From assembly GCF_009914755.1 (NCBI RefSeq), contig NC_060928.1: a stretch of 64,000 bases of DNA. One strand, written 5' to 3'. The notes under the pieces are model-generated. The model worked only from the letters and a program-made list of their open reading frames with translations, had not been told where the DNA came from and did not search any database. The stretch's first letter is position 1, and each line of letters starts with the position of its first letter. Both the position numbers and the translations under genes were made by a program. Shown here in pieces: positions 60,090-64,000 of the stretch. This DNA is from the human T2T-CHM13v2.0 reference genome, Homo sapiens.

Positions 60090-60282
60090 CATATTAGGGT
60101 TGAATCCAGGCTCAGCCACTTACTAGCTATTTGACATTAGATAATTTATGTAAACTTTCACAGTAGTAAAATTAATTATATCTATTCCTCAAGACTACCA
60201 TGCATGTAAAATAAAATGGCATCAATAAAGCACCCAATATGTTATCTAACACACGATAGCTGTTTATTAAATAGTAGTATTC
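60090..60282 (+). mobile_element. MIR
   Basis: GGGTTGAATCCAGGCTCAGCCACTTACTAGCT. Confidence 0.75.
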
Positions 60283-60749
60283 CTACTCATAAAAGGTCAT
60301 CAAGCTTCACCTTGAACATATTCATTGGTGAGCTACTTATTCTCTTGTAATTTTATTCCATTTATAGAGTAGTTTCCAAATTTGAAGAGTTTCTCTATGT
60401 CAACATACTTCATTTCAGCTGCCATAAATTACAGCAACCACAATACGTTAGAGGATAAAAGGAGGAAAACTTTCAGCAATAGCAAAGTATTTTACTATCA
60501 AACTTGAGACTAGATAAACTTCGAGAAGTAATATAATACAAAATTTATATTTTGTATTATAAATTATAAGTAATATAATACAAAAATTTAAATACCAAAG
60601 GAAGGTGGAAATATAAAGCCCTTGATATGAAGTTTGTCTTAGTTTTGACAAGTAATAGGTATCACTGAAAAAAATGTTGGCATAGATATCGTATCCTAGG
60701 ACTTTTTTATTTCTCTCATCCTTCTCGACCCCTTGCTTGCATTTCGTTT

Positions 60750-61125
60750 ATTATATTTAGGCTAGACTAGGCTGTGCTGCATAACAAACAACACAAAATC
60801 TCAACGGTTTAAACAAAACAAAGGCATAATTTTCACACTCCGTGTCCAGTGGGGGCCAGCTGGGATATCTGATCTATCTATGCCGTTCTCACTTCTGGAC
60901 TCTGACTGATAGAACAGATTTTTTTCTGGAATATTGTCATTGAGTATAGCATGTTCCTGCATTTAAAGGTTCCACCTGGAAGTGACACATTACTTCTTTT
61001 CACATTTTATTAGCTAAAGTAAGTTAGTTGACTTTTCTTGAATTAAAGGGAGGGGGGCGGTAAGTACTATCTTACCATGTGCCCAAGAGTAGAGAACAAA
61101 ATGTTCGTGAACAGCACAAATAACT
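60750..61125 (-). mobile_element. MLT1J/K-like LTR
   Basis: TAGGCTGTGCTGCATAACAAAC...CACCTGGAAGTGACACATTACTTC...CACATTTTATTAGCTAAAG. Confidence 0.75.
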
Positions 61126-62153
61126 TCTTCAGTATTGTTTGCTAATTCCACCTCTGAGAAATACCTGTTTTCCCCTTTCGTAAAATAGAATTATGTTGCT
61201 TCCCCTGCTAGTTTCTTCTCTTCTTCTGCTAGTTCTTTTTCTTCCTCTTACCCCATTCTTTAATTTTGCAGCTCTATATCTTATATTGCATCTGGAACAA
61301 AAGACCAAGATCCAAAATGTTAATGAAAAAAAGATTTATTCTGTGTCATTTGTATTTTTGTCATTTGAAATTAACAGGCATTTCCCCTTAACATTAACCT
61401 TCGCTGGTTTGTGCTTTCTCATTGTCTTTCATAATTTTATCCACCCATAAAACATTAATTATTAAAAATATGTAGATAATTCTTATGTCAACAACTTTTT
61501 GTCTTTCCTGTATTCCAGGCATATATTTTTGGGAGAATATCCACCAGGATGATTCACAGCACTTGAATTTTCCTAGTCTTTCAGGAGTCAAGAAATCCAG
61601 TAATTTTAGAGATTCACTTTTTCCCAATATATCTACTCTTTTTTTTGTATTTTTTCTTCTTATATTGCTTTACAATCTAGCCTTTCTTCCAAGAACTATC
61701 TAATCAAGCAATTTCTCACTAGAGTCAACTGTTTTATCCCCTTCCCTTTGTTCGTACTTTACAGGAAAAACAAACAAAAAGACAACTTTATCAATCCAAC
61801 TGGTTGTCTTTTCTGTTTCTATGTCAGAAATGTTGGGAAACACTGATAAAATTCATTTAACTACACGAAATAATGTCACTGTGACTTCATTGTCAACAAA
61901 TTTATATCAGCTCTCAATGTTCAACAAAGCTTGAGTCTGTATTTACTGTGCTAAAACAATTTTCTTTCTTATTTTCCAGAATAATTTCAAAACCATGTTT
62001 TATTGTGTTCCTTATATAATCTACATTTACTATTACTTTTAGAAGATTATCTAGTGTCTTCCTTTACAGAAAAATAAAACTAAACGAGTAAAATAAAATC
62101 AAATTGAAGGTGTAAAATTATTCGATTTTCAAGTCCCTCTCCTGGTTATCCGC

Positions 62154-62462
<309 letters not shown>

Positions 62463-63842
62463 TCTGCATATTTTTATGTCCCCTCCTTCCTTGTCCTAGA
62501 GGTACAGATGCCCCTCATCTGACCAGACAAATTTCTTCCCTTATACTCTGTCTTCCACTTTCTTATAAATACTTATTACCCTTTCTTTAGTTGTCCACAT
62601 TTTCTTTTACTCATTCTCTTTCATTTTAGCTTTCAAATATATGCATGTGGAAATAATAGTCTACACTCCATTTTCCTAATCTCACTTTTAATTCCCTCTG
62701 TTTGCCTCTCTCAGTAAAATAACTTTGTCAAGGTCACCAATGGCTTTGCTGCAAAATCCTACCTTTGTGATACTTGTCTTACTGATTATTTGAAAATATT
62801 ATTACATCAATATTTATTTATGTATTTATGTATGTATTTATTTATTTATTTTAGAGACAGAGGCTTGCTTGGTTGCCAAGGTTTCAATGCAGTGTTGTGA
62901 TCATAGTTCACTGCAGCCTTGAACTCTTGGGCTCAAGGGATCCTCCTGCTCCTCCCAAGGAGCTGGGACTATAGGCATATGCCACTATACTTGAATAATA
63001 ATTTTTTGTTTTTTGTAGAAATGGGAGTCTCACTTTGTTGTCCAGGCTAGTCTTGAACTCCTGGCTTCAAGTGGTCTTCCCAACTCAGCCTCCTATGTCA
63101 ATATTCTTGAAATTATCACTTCCCTTGACTTTTTCCTATAGTCTTGTAGAGCACTCATTTTGAAACACTTTTGCCAGGTTTTCTTCTTCCACTTGCTCCT
63201 TCAGTAATATTTCTCTCTAAGCTTTGTACCTTGCCCTCATCTTGATTAATTATAAACACTTCTTGATACTGTTGGTTTCTAAGTCTGCATATTCAAGACA
63301 AACATATGTGGATCTATTCACCTATTGGTCAGCTGTATTTGGTTTAATCTGATTAAACCTAACCAAAAATGAATTCATCATTTTATTCCTTATTCCTTAT
63401 CAGTCCAGCAGAACACACTTTGTACATGGTACTTTCATCCACTCAGTTACCCAAGCTAGAAATCAGAATTATCCTTGACTCCTCCATTTTTTTCTTACAC
63501 AAATGCTCCAGGTGCCCATATTTTATTATTTCAATCTCCTCAACCTCCTTTATTTCTCCAGTTCCTCCCTTTAAATATTCAGTGACACTACCATAACTGG
63601 ACTCCTGGAATTTCCTCTAACCAGCCTCCCCGACAACAGACTGCTCCTTCACAACTTCAATGTAATCTTTCTAAAATACAAATCTTCTTGCTTTTCTTCT
63701 AATCACCAGGATAAAATAAGACATATTCAACAAAGCAAGCTAAAATATTTTATCTATCTCTATTTTTCTAGCTCTATTTCTAGTCAATCCATTGCTAGAA
63801 TTTCTTTTGTGGTTCCATTAAGTATGTGCATTTCCTCTAATT
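62463..63842 (+). mobile_element. L2 (ORF2 3' region) interrupted by an AluJ
   Basis: TGTCAAGGTCACCAATG; CCACTCAGTTACCCAAGCTAGAAA...ATCCTTGACTCCTCC; TAATCTTTCTAAAATACAAATCT. Confidence 0.75.
62812..63094 (-). mobile_element. AluJ
   Basis: (TTTA/TGTA)n tail; GCAGCCTTGAACTCTTGGGCTCAAG. Confidence 0.88.
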
Positions 63843-64000
63843 CAGTGGCTATTTTGACCACAGGCTATTTTCCCCACTCTCTACCCACAGGGTATTTTCC
63901 CCACTCTCTACCCACAGGGAACACAGGTAATGTTTAGAGCCATTTTTTTTTGTTGTTGTTGTAACTTGAAAAGGGAGTACTACTGGCATCTATTTGGTAG
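63843..64000 (+). mobile_element. MER20-like hAT element with an internal 27-bp tandem duplication; runs off the window end
   Basis: Starts CAGTGG; TACTACTGGCATCTA...GGTAG. Confidence 0.75.

Overview
AT-rich, CpG-depleted primate genomic DNA, almost certainly human given the AluY copies and a young L1Hs-lineage element. It looks intronic or intergenic and is dominated by interspersed repeats: several old L1MA/L1PA copies, a two-LTR internally deleted ERV1 (MER52-like) provirus, THE1/MLT1/LTR16 LTRs, eight Alus, L2, MIR, DNA-transposon MITEs and microsatellites. I cannot identify a cellular protein-coding gene. The only long ORF is the reverse-transcriptase half of L1 ORF2. The most informative feature is the young L1 insertion at 40134-43238. 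It has a perfect 15-bp target-site duplication (TSD), a precise twin-priming 5' inversion, an open 865-codon endonuclease-less ORF2 remnant, the ACG/A subfamily signature, and a roughly 85-bp 3' transduction with its own ATTAAA signal and second poly(A) tail that should identify its source element. Other items of note are a TSD-flanked insert of non-repeat sequence inside an old L1 and an L1 fragment captured inside a TG microsatellite. I found no evidence for a wholly new biological system: these are instances of known retrotransposition and repair mechanisms. Subfamily names were assigned by eye from remembered consensus sequences, and boundaries of old repeats are approximate.
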